From Rhina ancylostomus (Eukaryota): a DNA stretch of 64,000 bases. Below, piece after piece: positions 13,901 through 25,894 of this stretch. The stretch covers positions 101,261,427-101,325,426 of the forward strand of contig JARFYF010000001.1 of the NCBI GenBank assembly GCA_030265395.1, given 5' to 3'. Each line of letters begins with the position of its first letter. Positions within the stretch are counted from its first letter, which is position 1. Both the position numbers and the translations under genes were made by a program. The notes under the pieces are model-generated. The model worked only from the letters and a program-made list of their open reading frames with translations, did not search any database and was not told the origin of the DNA.

Positions 13901-15582
13901 TTATTTCTGGCAACTTTGTAAAATTTTTTTTAACTTTTGAATTGCCTCTGGACAATACATTGTTTAGTGTTAGATTATATTTTATAATTTTTCCCTTCTT
14001 TTGTATACTGAATACCATATTGCCTTTAATCCAAACAATGGAAGTTTTCATGGCTGTTGTCATAATTATTTTCAAGCCAACGAGAGGCAATTTATTAACT
14101 TTGTTAGGAAATTAGATGGGCAGCAGGAGACAGCATGGGGAACACTCACAGCCAACAGTCACAGGCATGGTGTGACTGATCAGCTACCTCAAGGATTGGT
14201 ATTGGGGCCTCAGTCACCAGTTTATTAACCAAGATGATGAGATGAAAAGCCATGCCAGATGAACTCGGGCAGGACTGGAACAATATTAATGAAAGCACTC
14301 CATTACAGAATAAACTTATTCGGCTTCAGGCAAACACGAGATCATTCAATTTACTCCTAAGGCAAATTAAAAGACATCCAATAAGGCCATATGCACTAAT
14401 GAAGATTAAGTGTCATGGACAAGTAAAAAAAAACAAAAATCAAATGGTGGTCTTCATATCAAGGAGTCGGGGCTATACTACCACAGTGCAAAGCCCCTAT
14501 TAAGCCACAGCTGGAGTGCTGGGGGATATCATGCTATACTGACTTTGGATAGAGTGATGCATCAGAGACAGAGGGACATAGAATGGAAAATACAGATAAA
14601 TCTGTTAATTGCAAGATAACCAAGGCAGCAATAGCAGTGATTTCAACTTCCCCAACATTAGCTGAGAGAAATCGTGCTAAAGGTATAGAGCATAGAATCC
14701 TTAAAGTCCAATCAGGAACCTACACAAGAACGAATGTGTTTAACATTGATCTAATTTAATATCAACATTAAATTAGAGAAGCAGTCATTCAGGACAGCAT
14801 TAGGGAATGAAATGGAATAGGTGGGACAATAGTTACCATAAGTCAGAATTCACAGAGTTATGAAAAGGGGCAAAGATAGACAAGTTCTCCATTGGGTCAA
14901 GGCCAATTTTGTTTGTGAAGTTCACAAAAATGGACAGGGAGCAGTTCCCTGAAGTTAAGGCAGTGTCAGAGCAACAGAGGGCTTTCCAGGAGGAAATACA
15001 GGGGGCCCCATACCAAGCACACTACCACGTNNNNNNNNNNNNNNNNNNNNNNNNNNNNNNNNNNNNNNNNNNNNNNNNNNNNNNNNNNNNNNNNNNNNNN
15101 NNNNNNNNNNNNNNNNNNNNNNNNNNNNNNGACTTTGCAGTCTTCTGACTGAATGGCATTTGTCATTTCATGGTGCCATTGTAGCAGGCAAGCTAAGTAC
15201 TGGGAAATCTTCAGCTGATATGAGCAAATACAGTAATTTTCTGACTAAACTGCAGTGTAATTCCTGTCAAGTTTAATCCAGCTGCAGCGTTTGGAGCATT
15301 AAGCAGTACACATTGTCTTGGATTATTCGCCAACATTTCTGTCAAAAGGAAAGAAGAAATAAACTGACTTAGGCCCTTGACAGCTATTTTGACAGAAAGG
15401 GTTTGGAAACATTTTTGGAAACCTGGGAGATTTTGAGGTTATTTATCCCAGTGTACTGAAAACAAAACCTGCAGTGTGGAAGTATTGAGCAAATCTTCCC
15501 ACGTTGGAAGAAATTCTGAATGATTAGTACATAAGTGATGCTTTCAAGACCCAACTTTGGAAACTGCTGGACTATATTGTCA

Positions 15583-15845
15583 AAATCAGAATCAGATTTA
15601 TTATCGATGACATATGTTGTTTTGTGCAAGATTTATTATCGATGACATATGCAGTACAGTGCGAGACATAAAGACAAAAATTACTGTAATTTACAAAATT
15701 AGTGCAAAAGAGGAATAATGAAGGAGTGTTCATGGACCGTTCAGAAATCTGATGGTGGAGGGGAAGAAGTTGTTCCTAAAATGTAGAATGTGGGTCTTCA
15801 GGCTCCTGTACCACCACCTCAATGGTAGTAACATGAAAAGGGCAA
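15583..15845 (-). mobile_element. Rex1/Babar-type LINE 3' tail with an internal 23-bp direct duplication
   Basis: aatcagaatcagatttattatc tail; agatttattatcgatgacatatg at 15594-15616 and 15629-15651; a related + strand tail ends ctgaatctg at about 5300-5484. Confidence 0.6.
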
Positions 15846-17544
15846 AGAAAAGAGAAGTTTAACCATGCTGAACCCCCCAATTGTGTTTTGATAAAGTGTT
15901 TCTTTCCTGTGAGGTTAATAATGAAAGAAATTTTATCTGTGAAATTTATATAGGTTCATTTATATAGGTTCCCTTCATAACTAAGAACACTAGAGAATGC
16001 GTTAAGGAAGATATTACCTTAGTAGGGTCAAGGGTGTAAGAGCAGTAATAGAAAAAGGAAACATAAAATTGAGTTCGCTCATTGAAAAAGTACAGCAGAA
16101 CTTTAAGATTCATATTCCGAGGAGCTAAGTGGTACTATGTTAAATCAAATAGTCCAGGGTTAGATTCCTGGTTGTAAGTAATAGACAGACCTAATAGGCA
16201 GAGCTTATCATGGTTAGCTAGCAAAGTTAAAAATAAGCTGGCATCCCCTTTCCTGATTTCTTTCCTGTGATCATTCAAGGATAGTAAACCTGTGGCAATT
16301 TTGCGTGAATTGGACCTTTTTGTAAATACCCTGCTGCCCTCTCAGTCTATGCTCTAAATTACAGCAACGATGTTTGAGATACTGAAGAGCAACCATACCT
16401 ACCCAGCAGAATTGATTTATGTACGAAAAAGAGGAAGAAAGCTGAAGGAGGGAATTGGGCTGATTAAACTTTGCTTAATCATTTAGGTGCTGGGATGCCT
16501 TTGGCAGAAAGTCAGCCCTAGAGAATGTTTGTTTGAAAATCTGTAGCATTATAACCCCATAAAGTGGCAACAACATCAAATATAGTTTTAAAAACTTGTG
16601 CACAAACACACAGCCTACCGGATGAACACTGCTTACTTTTCTATGTTGATCGATTCATTGTCACTTACAACAGACTACCATTCCATTACTTCAATTATTG
16701 TCCTTTGCTCTTATCATTTTCTGTTACCTACTATCCATGAGAAGTTTCTTCCAGTATTTTTCTGCTTGAATTTAAATGTATCTACATACAGTATATGATA
16801 TTGGCTACCTATCTATTAATAGTCATTTCAAAATATTTAACTGCTGAAACCAGATCAGTTTGTTTGTAATAGAATCATACTTGTGGCCTTTTTTCTGATG
16901 TCAGTGTTTGAATCTAGATCAGTGTAATGGAATCAAAATGCTTTTATTGTCAGTTATTAGTACCTAAATAAAGGATTTTGACAGATACAGTCCAGTTCCA
17001 ATTAATTTACAATCCTTGAGGGATAAAAAAAAACCTTTAATAGTCAGTTTTGGAGACTACAAAATAAAGTGCCTCAGGGAAGGATTAGGGTTGCATTATA
17101 GATGCTAGATGCTGGATTCTGGATGTATTTAGTGTTCTTAACAGACTCCTAATGAAAATGAGAAATATTTCAGTTCAGAAAGGATGTTTAACTTTCTGTA
17201 TCTTTTGAGGTTAACATTTTTGGATTGAGTAAAAACAATAATACTTCAATGCTAAATTCATTGATCCTTTGAACTTTTTGATGGAAGCTGCACTTTTCTT
17301 CCAATTTCCTTGTCTGATTTTTATTCAATTGCTTCTTTTTCTGTTGCCCAACTATTTAATCAGTTGCATCTGCTGTATTAGATTTCTTTTTGAAAAATCT
17401 GCTTATCTGCTTCTCCCTATTGCATCATTATCATCCACATTGTTGCTCATTTTTTGTGAAAGTTTATTTCATTTATAATTACTTTCACCTACCAAAAGTA
17501 TTATGTGGAAATCCTAAAGTTGGTAATGTTTTTTTTCCCGTTAG

Positions 17545-17641
17545 GCTCGAAAGCTGGATGTCTATTTTGAATATGAAGAAAAGTTGATGAGCAAGTCCAC
17601 ACTGGACAAATCCCTACTGGATATGATTTCTGATCCTGATG
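17545..17641 (+). CDS. SCFD1: SCFD1 coding exon, 97 nt
   Basis: cccgttag|GCT CGA...GAT G|gtaact; ARKLDVYFEYEEKLMSKSTLDKSLLDMISDPD. Confidence 0.97.
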
Positions 17642-17990
17642 GTAACTATTGCATTTAGAATTGAAGACTTATCTTCAGATCTTATGGAACTTTGGCAAAA
17701 ATACAGAATGTATGCATTGACTCGCTGCACAGACAGAATTTACATCTTATTGCAAAGTGCCATAAATTGCTTGTATGTAGTATTTTTTTAAACTTAAAAG
17801 GCAGAAATGTATTTCAAAGTTAAGAACATGGTCCACATTCCATGAATGAATAAATTAAGCTGAGAAATAAATTTGTTTAAACATCTGAATCTTATTATTT
17901 TAACATTAGTTCTGATACAAAGTCTGCAAAATAGCAATTTCTTTGCTATATTCTCATTGTTCTGAAAAATGTTTTGTTTTCATTTTGTAG

Positions 17991-18061
17991 GAGGTACCCC
18001 TGAAGATAAAATGAGGTTGTTTATCATTTACTACATCACTGCACCACAACCACCTTCAGAG
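17991..18061 (+). CDS. SCFD1: SCFD1 coding exon, 71 nt, followed by a non-canonical GC donor
   Basis: ttttgtag|GA GGT ACC...TCA GAG|gcaagt; (G)GTPEDKMRLFIIYYITAPQPPSE; this end gives the phase-0 join to the next exon. Confidence 0.93.
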
Positions 18062-18254
18062 GCAAGTTTTAGCTTACTGTTCAGCAACTAAAATTATTTT
18101 CTACTTTATTTTGAAAAGTTTCTGAAAAGCTTGCAAAATGCCACCTAATTCTAAAGACAATTTTTCTGTATTCTTAGCTAAGTTACTCGTGCTAACTTTA
18201 TTATCACCAGTCTAGTTGATTATTTCTTAAATGGTAATAAAAAAGTGTCCACAT

Positions 18255-18622
18255 TTTCACATTGAGCAATCAATAAATTCTTTTTGAAATACTGTTCCTG
18301 TTGTTATGCAGGGTAACCTACATCTGCAATCTCGATTCCACATCAGTAAATTAGTTGTTCCACAATTTAAATTGATTTTGGTGATATTGATTGAGAGGTG
18401 AATTTTGGCCACCTTGCAGTTCTTCAAATATTGTGAGGTTTTCATATCCATCTGAGCAGCAAAGTGGGACCTCAAGTTAATGCCCCATCAGAAAGACAGC
18501 ATGTCAGACAATACAGCATTCCCTCAGTACTGCACTGAAGTATCAACTTAAAGTATGTGTTTAAGTCCTGGAGGAGTACTTGATCCACAACTTTCCCATT
18601 AGGAGTGAGATTGGTACCACTG
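18255..18622 (-). mobile_element. Deu-domain SINE (SacSINE1/AmnSINE1-like), decayed
   Basis: Reverse complement cagtgcagtactgagggaatgctgtattgtctgacatgctgtctttctgatggggcattaacttgaggtccc resembles the Deu core as recalled. Confidence 0.65.
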
Positions 18623-20937
18623 TAAGGGGAAACATAAGGTAAATAAAATACCTGCATTCAGCCAACTTCCAGGACTTTATTTGAAAATTGCAACACCAAG
18701 AACGTGCCATGCACCCACACCAATGAGAAGCCATGTTATCGTGGCACTAATCAATTTAAAGATTTTTACCAAATGTATAGGTGATTTTCTGTACCTGTCA
18801 TGATTCCACGAATACTTTCACGAACATGCACAATAGTTTTGGACAACATTAGCTCTGTTATAATGATCAATGAAATGTTAATCAAATTCTGGCTGAAATG
18901 TTTAAAATTATACAAGAATAATATCCACTCAGATTAAGTACCATTGGGCTAGCCCTACTTTCAGCAGAAACAGAGAGAGAGAGACAGACAGAAATTGATT
19001 TTCTTTAACCATGGTTGTCTCAAATTAAGCAAAGAATGTAGTTATAAATACCATCAAGTCTCTTTGGTAATTTTGATATCGTTGCAATATCTCCAGAAGT
19101 TAATGTAATTCTTTCTATCAATTTCATTTGTGCCAAATAAATCTAAAGTTCCAAGCTTATGGCAATTAGAATGTGCATTTAAAAGTAATAATGTTGTCTG
19201 CTTTTCTGTTATTNNNNNNNNNNATGAAACCTAATAATGTGTTTAAAATTTTTGTGACTGATAGTTTGAAGCTGTGATTTTGCCGCATTTTATCCAGAAC
19301 TGGCTTGATTTGGTGTCATTTAAATTTTGTCATTCTTTCTGGCTGTTATATACATAGCATGGTGTATTTATTCCGAAACAAGTTGAAGCCACCCATACTA
19401 CTGTTGTAGGGAATGATCAAGGAAGATTAAGTTCAAGATTGTTGACCAGATTAAGGTTGTGTATTTTGAGATATATGAAATATGTTTACTTGTTGAGAAA
19501 TATTCTGTAATCTCCTCAAATCCCTTATGTTTGTCCAGAAATAACAATACTTCACATTGGGTTAGCATGCCAACATTTATTGTTGCAGGTTACACTGCAG
19601 CTAGTCAGTGGCTTTAAAAGCGCTCTGTAGTTTTGCATTGTAAAGCTTTTCCCAATTAAAAGTTCAAATTTTATCTTTGAGCAAATCAATATTTTCAATC
19701 TCTTTTGAAGATCAAATTGCCTATCTTATTCTTGAATTGAAAATCTTGATTTTTATTTAAAACAACTATTAGTCCCAAATAAATGTTTCATTGAATAAAA
19801 ATGAAGCTGCAAGTTAGATGTCAAGATACTTGGCTGTTCTACTTAATATTCTTTTAAAGATCTTGAACTTCATCAAAAATATCTATCTTTATGGCTCTCA
19901 ATGCATACTGGAGATGGTTGTACTTCAGATCTTCCCATTAGCTTACTTATTCTATCAGTAATAATCAATCATATAATTAAAAAGGTATGTAAATATATTA
20001 CAGTTTTGGTATGCAGTAAAATAAAAATACCATCACAAAGTTAGGTCAAATTTCAGGATAAAAATAATTGCACAAAATTTCCTTTATTTCAAGAATGTGT
20101 ATTGATATCCTTTACCTTTTAATCAGACCAACTAATGGCTGAGATTTTGCTGGGGTTTGCTGGTAGCTCCATGTGGAAATGGTATGAATGTGAAATTATT
20201 TTCATGTACTTGTGTTTGTCTTAATCTTTTTAATTTGATTTGAAATGTTTTTGCTTTTTTTTTGCTATTGCTTATTTTTGATCCAGGGGTGAGGGTCTGT
20301 GTTACTGAGCCAAAGTGCTCTGGGCTCAAGCAGTGAGGCCTGAGCAGGAGCAGTGCTTTCAATAATGCACTGAAAAAGCCCTGGCCTCAGCTCCCAAAAA
20401 AAAGCTGCGATGACTAGCTCTTTTTACTAGCTGTTTTTCACATTCTGAAATATTTACAAATTATTTTATAAAAGCTGTTAGAATGAACCATTTAAGTAAT
20501 TGAAAGCATAAAAAACTGATTTTTTTTTAAAGTAGCCTTTCTTCCTTCCTGTACTAAAATCCTAATGAGCTATATACACATGATCAGGGATGCTTCATCA
20601 GGTTTATCCTGGTGCAAACTCCAAGAGTCAAATTACACTGGGGAATTTCACCATGGTGGGGCTCTGTTGCTCGACTGCATGGACAAACTGCACAAGTAAT
20701 GCAAAATCAAAAAGTGCAAGTACCGAAGATCTGAAATAGAAACAAAAAATGCTGGAAGGAGTTAGCAGGTCAGGTTGCACAAATGGAAAGAGAAACATTT
20801 CAAGTCCAGGACCCTTTGTCAGAATGGGAAAGAGAGTAAAACAATTTACTTTTTCTGGAGCAGTGGAGGGATGGTTAGAATAAAGAGAATGTTTCTGATA
20901 GGGTGAGTCAAAATGAGTTAATGAGGGCAATAATAAT

Positions 20938-21490
20938 TAGTCATAGAGTTATACAGCACAGAAACAGGTCCATTAACCCAACATGTCCATGCCAACCAAG
21001 GTTCCTTGCTGAGCTAGTCCCATATCCCTCTAAACCTTCCTATCCATGGCACTATCCAAATATCTTTTAAATGTTGTAATTATACCCACCTCTATAACCT
21101 CCTATGGCAGCTTGTTCCATGTACCAACCCTCTTATGCAGAAAAACTTGCCCTCCAGGTCCCCTTTAAATCTTTCCCCTTTCACCTTAAAACTATGCCCT
21201 CTAGTTTTGGACTCCTCTACCCTGGGAAAAAGACTGTGACCACCCATCTTGTCTATGCTCCTAATGATTTCATAAATCTCTGTAAAGTCATCCTTCATCC
21301 TCCTTCGTACCAAGGAAAACAGCCCTAGCCTATCCAGTTTCTCTTTATAACTCAAGCCTTCCAATCCCAGCAACATCCTGGTGAATCTTTTCTGCACCCA
21401 TTCCAGCTGAACTACATCCTTTCTTTAGTATGATGATCAGAACTGCACACAATAGCTGTAACATCATGTCCCAACTCTTGTATATCATGC
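20938..21490 (-). mobile_element. CR1 LINE, 5'-truncated 3' end
   Basis: ORF 21092-21397: QKRFTRMLLGLEGLSYKEKLDRLGLFSLVRRRMKDD...SKTRGHSFKVKGERFKGDLEGKFF. Confidence 0.9.
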
Positions 21491-22189
21491 TTCTTTCTGT
21501 AATATGTGGCTAATTGTGAAGCTGTGGGAAGCTCAGAAGGCCAGACTATACAAAGAGAGTAAGAAAAACTGAGACAATGTGATAACAGGCAGTAATGACC
21601 AGTTCTTATAAGTGTAAGATGATTCATCTAGAATGTGATGAAGACAACTGCAGTATCAACCTATTGCAAATTGATTATCAAAGTAAATTCAGATCTTCCT
21701 CTGTGGAATTCTGTCTTCTAAACTGGATTTTCAAATGAAAGAGATGGAGTTCTAGCCTATAGTTTTGTCATGGCTAAGAACCTGACAAGAGCATCCCATT
21801 TGAAAATTAGTGTTCTTGTCTTCGCTGATGGTTTCCTAACTTCATCAATCATCAGTGCCTGAATGCAATAAAGTCACTTTAGTACTAAAACTTAGTTAGG
21901 TGCGTGAGAATATTGAGTAAAAACAATACTCACAGTTCATCAGATTTGACCTTGTGCTCCTCTGACTGCAAACTATTTTATTTTGGGTTATCACACAAAA
22001 TGACCTGGCAGGTGATGGGTGAATCCAGGTGAGGGGGGATGATGGGCAGGTGGAGGAGGGGGAAAGGGCAAACAATGTAAGAAACCAGTATTACCCTCCA
22101 GCTCTTGCTCCACCCCCTCCCCTATCCTTTTATACTGGCTTTTCCCCTCTTTCTGTCCACTCCTGATGAAGAGTCTTGACTCTAAGCGT

Positions 22190-22543
22190 TGTTACCGTCT
22201 AGGACTATTAGTGAGGTTCCTTTAAGATAGTGTGTGTGTGTGTGGCGTCAACAGAAGATAACGAACGTCATGACGTTGTTGTTGAAACAACCAGTCGGAG
22301 TCAGTCTGAAGGAGAGAGAGAGAGAGACAGAAGAACGAGAGAGAGACACACCAGCCTGCTTGTTTTTTCTATCGATGGATGAGAAACAATAACTGTGACT
22401 GTCACTGCAATCCACGTATGGATTNNNNNNNNNNNNNNNNNNNNNNNNNNNNNNNNNNNNNNNNNNNNNNNNNNNNNNNNNNNNNNNNNNNNNNNNNNNN
22501 NNNNNNNNNNNNNNNNNNNNNNNNATAGTCCTAGTCCGTTACA
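22190..22543. mobile_element. LTR-like element (probable solo LTR), TG..CA ends, 19-bp imperfect terminal inverted repeats, 4-bp TSD GCGT; interior partly in a gap
   Basis: gcgt|TGTTACCGTCTAGGACTAT ... ATAGTCCTAGTCCGTTACA|gcgt; internal (GT)n and (GA)n tracts. Confidence 0.75.
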
Positions 22544-23029
22544 GCGTCAACGGTCCATTTCCATCCATGGATACTCCCTGACCCACTGGGTTCCTCCAAC
22601 ATCTTATGTGTTGCTGCAAATTTCCAGCAGCTGCACCCCCTCGTGTCTTATTTTGGATTATCATCTGACCACTGGAGGGAATAGATAACAATGGAATCAT
22701 GTATCTTAAAAGAACCACTCCCATCAAGAATGACATCTCTGTTCCCCCTTGATGTTTGCATTGCTTGGGAAACCAGCCATGTGCTCCTGCTGGCCTCGAT
22801 CAACTATGTTTGATACATTTATGGACTGAAAGTTGCAAGATGTAGAAAATATCTCTTGGCATGAGCCAGCTTTAACATTTACTGCAAGTGATTGGAATAC
22901 CTGTGGCAGATTAAAGATTTTGATAGTTTTTTTCAGAAACCTTGCTCACTGTTGGCAGATTTTGTCACAGAGGTCCCATGTCCATAATAAGCAAATAGTC
23001 CTTATTTACTCGATCTCCACCCCTCATAA

Positions 23030-23390
23030 CTGTAAACCTTAATCAAATCTCCCCTTAGGCTTCTCTGTTCCAAAGAATTAGACCCTAACGTACATAAACT
23101 TTCCTCACAGCTACAATTTTTGAGTCCTGGAAATATCTTCATAAATCTCTGCACTCTCTCCAATGTATCCATCTCTTTCCTGTAATTTTTTATATTAAGA
23201 ATATCTGTTTGAATGAGACCTTGTAAAACTATACCCAGTAAGGTTCAGTCACTTATGTTGATTTTCAGATATTTCCAATGTGCGGACCAGAATAGTTTGC
23301 AGTGCTCAAATGTTACATACTGTTCTCGCATAACCTCTCTGTTCTTGTATTCTGTGTATTGGCTAATAAAGGAGCAAATCCCATATGGGA
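23030..23390 (-). mobile_element. Decayed CR1 fragment interrupted by a 92-bp insertion
   Basis: tccatctctttcctgtaa | insertion | tgtgcggaccagaat parallels 8601-8632 tccatatccttcctgtaatggggcaaccaaaat. Confidence 0.65.
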
Positions 23391-23738
23391 AGAAACTTTA
23401 TTTAAACAAAAATGCCATTATTATTGAGCTCTGCAGACAGTCTGTGCCCGGTTCCAAGTGGATATAGCATCTCCCCACTATTTCATGCCCTGTACGTATA
23501 TTAAACAAAAATGTCCCTGGGCTGTATCTTTTCGTGCCATATGATCAGTTGTATAGCATGATATTTATTTATTTGTTGACAGCATTTGGATTATTTTTTC
23601 CAACATTAATTTAACAGTTGAAATTTATTAAGCCATATCTCCTTGCTTGGAAATATCTGAAAATCAACATAAGTGGCTGAACCTTACTGGGTATAGTCTT
23701 ACAAGGTCTCATTCAAACAGATATTCTTAATGTAAAAA
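23187..23738. repeat. 92-bp inverted repeat (arms 23187-23278 and 23647-23738, 3 mismatches, 368-bp spacer)
   Basis: Direct base-by-base comparison of arm 1 with the reverse complement of arm 2. Confidence 0.95.
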
Positions 23739-24087
23739 GCTCAGGCAGTTAAATGTCATCTGGCTGCTTACCATGGGGAGGAAGGGCATGTATTAGTAAT
23801 GGTGGAAACCTTGGCCATGTCTGTTATTACTGTACTGAGCCATTAGGTTCTAGGGCAAATCGATCTTAATTCTCTGATGTTCTCCTGTGCATTCTTTGTT
23901 CCACAGCATAATTTAATAAGACCTTTGTTAAAAGTATTACTGAAAAGTTTCAAATTTATTTCCTTCAATATCCCTTCTCTTTCCAAGAGACTAGCAAAAC
24001 TTGTTTTGTAAAGCAAATCTGCAATGAATTTGGAACTCTGGAGTTCATTGTTCTTTGTCTTCTAAGTAACATTATTTATACCAACAG

Positions 24088-24167
24088 GTTGACCTAGAGC
24101 AATATAAAAAGGCACTGACTGACGCTGGATGCAATCTGGCTCCTTTAAATTACATCAAACGATGGAA
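24088..24167 (+). CDS. SCFD1: SCFD1 coding exon, 80 nt
   Basis: ccaacag|GTT GAC...TGG AA|gtaagt; VDLEQYKKALTDAGCNLAPLNYIKRW(K). Confidence 0.97.
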
Positions 24168-25084
24168 GTAAGTAAGATCAGCACAGACAATAGTTTTATT
24201 ATCAAGAGAACAAAAACTTATTGGACAGCACATGACTAAAGACCACTAAAGCAAAACACAAAAATACAAAAAGTGCATGTGTTACAGTTTTAACCATTTA
24301 TTCAACTGTTTATAAAAATTGTCTGATTGTTGATGTCAGAATTGAAAACCAGTTGGAAAATGAAAAGGTGAATCTGAGACTCAGGGTACTGGAGAATAAA
24401 GCACCAATTGAGTTTAAATGAATCAAAAGTATATGGTAGTATTAATGACTCCACAGAACAAACCTCAAAGACTCATTCTGTGTTTGGCAAAGCAGAAAAA
24501 TGTTTTTGGAAACATATACATAGACGCAAAAGGACAGCAACTTTAATAATATGAGAACGCTGTGACTGTTAGCACAATGGAGAAGAAAAATCACCTGACA
24601 ATTGAAAGTCTAAAGGTAATTCCTGTCTACCTATCGTCAATCCAGGAAAGTGAGGAATTTCCAATCGCACATTGATTGAGATTGAATATTAGTCAGGGAG
24701 TAAAACATACGACACCCTCTTCAAGTAATTACCATTGCCTGTTCTCATTTCATGTGAAAATACAAAGTAATGGTGCTGTCTTTTAAACTTTTTTGAAGAT
24801 TTTTTTTGATGTTGTAAGAATGGAATGCACTGCATTGAGCTCCATTAGCATGCTTCACCCAGGAATTTGAAGTCACAGCCAATGAAAAATCCAATTAATA
24901 AGAAGTGCACCTGGTTAAAATTTGAGGCTTTCCCCCATCCCTAATCTAATTGTCCAGCTTGGGTAAATAATTCCAACAGTTTTGCCTTCCCAAACTACAT
25001 TTCATAAATCTACAGCTCTGGGAAGATTGAGGGAAAAATATTTTCTTATTCTTAGATTCTTTGATCATTTGTCTTCATTTACAG

Positions 25085-25147
25085 AGCATTTACCAAAATG
25101 GCATCAACTCCTGCTAACTTCGGAGGCAGTGGACCAAAACCAACAAG
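25085..25147 (+). CDS. SCFD1: SCFD1 coding exon, 63 nt
   Basis: catttacag|A GCA TTT...ACA AG|gtacat; AFTKMASTPANFGGSGPKPT(S), compare human AFTKMASAPASYGSTTTKPMG. Confidence 0.95.
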
Positions 25148-25692
25148 GTACATGCTGTTACTACAGAATAATTCTGCTGCAATTCTGCTCAGTCACAGAA
25201 AGAAGTAGTTAAAATACTCTATTTGGGAAGTATTGAACCTACTAGTAATTTGATGACTGAATAGCCAAAAAAAGTAGATGCTGGAAATCTAAAATGCTGG
25301 AGATGAGCAGAAGGTCAGCAGTGACCTATTGACCTGAAACATTAATCTGTTTCTCTCTCCACAGATGCTGACTGACCTAATCTGTACCTCTAGCATATGC
25401 TATTTTTATCTAATTTGTTGACATTTGTTTATTCAAAATAAATGAAACATCCAATACATGTGTCTAGCATAGACATTTGGCTCATTAATCTGTCATTAGT
25501 TTGTTTCTCCATGTCTGATTCCATTCTCGTCACTTTTCATACCTTTGAATCTGTTTTTCAAGAAACATTCTATTTCTCTTCTAAAATACTGAGACAACAG
25601 TGTGAGGTGTGGAATTCTATACCTGAAGCACTGTCTATAATGGCTTTTCTAAGCATTCCTTTGATCTAAGACATTAAAATTCCACAGACTAT

Positions 25693-25894
25693 TGTTACGG
25701 ACTAGGACTACTAGTGAGTGAGTGCCCCTTTTAGATAGTGTGAGTGTGTGTGTGGTGAGCTTACGTCAACAGAAGATAAAGAACATCATGCTGTTGTTGT
25801 TGAAACAACCAGTCGGAAGTCAGTCTGAAGGAGAGAGAGAGACAGAAGAACAAGAGAGAGAGAGAGAGAGACACCAGCCTGCTTGTTTTCTCTG
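25693..25894. mobile_element. Second copy of the LTR-like element at 22190; right end lost in a gap
   Basis: TGTTACGGACTAGGACTAC...gttgttgttgaaacaaccagtcgga...gagacaccagcctgcttgtttt is highly similar to 22190-22370. Confidence 0.8.

Noticed and set aside
15594-15651. 23-bp direct repeat with spacer, superficially CRISPR-like
   Set aside because: Only two units with a 12-bp spacer, inside a LINE tail in a vertebrate intron; a local duplication
22190-25894. Full LTR retrotransposon bounded by the two LTR-like copies
   Set aside because: The interval contains host exons and no gag or pol, and copy 1 has its own TSD
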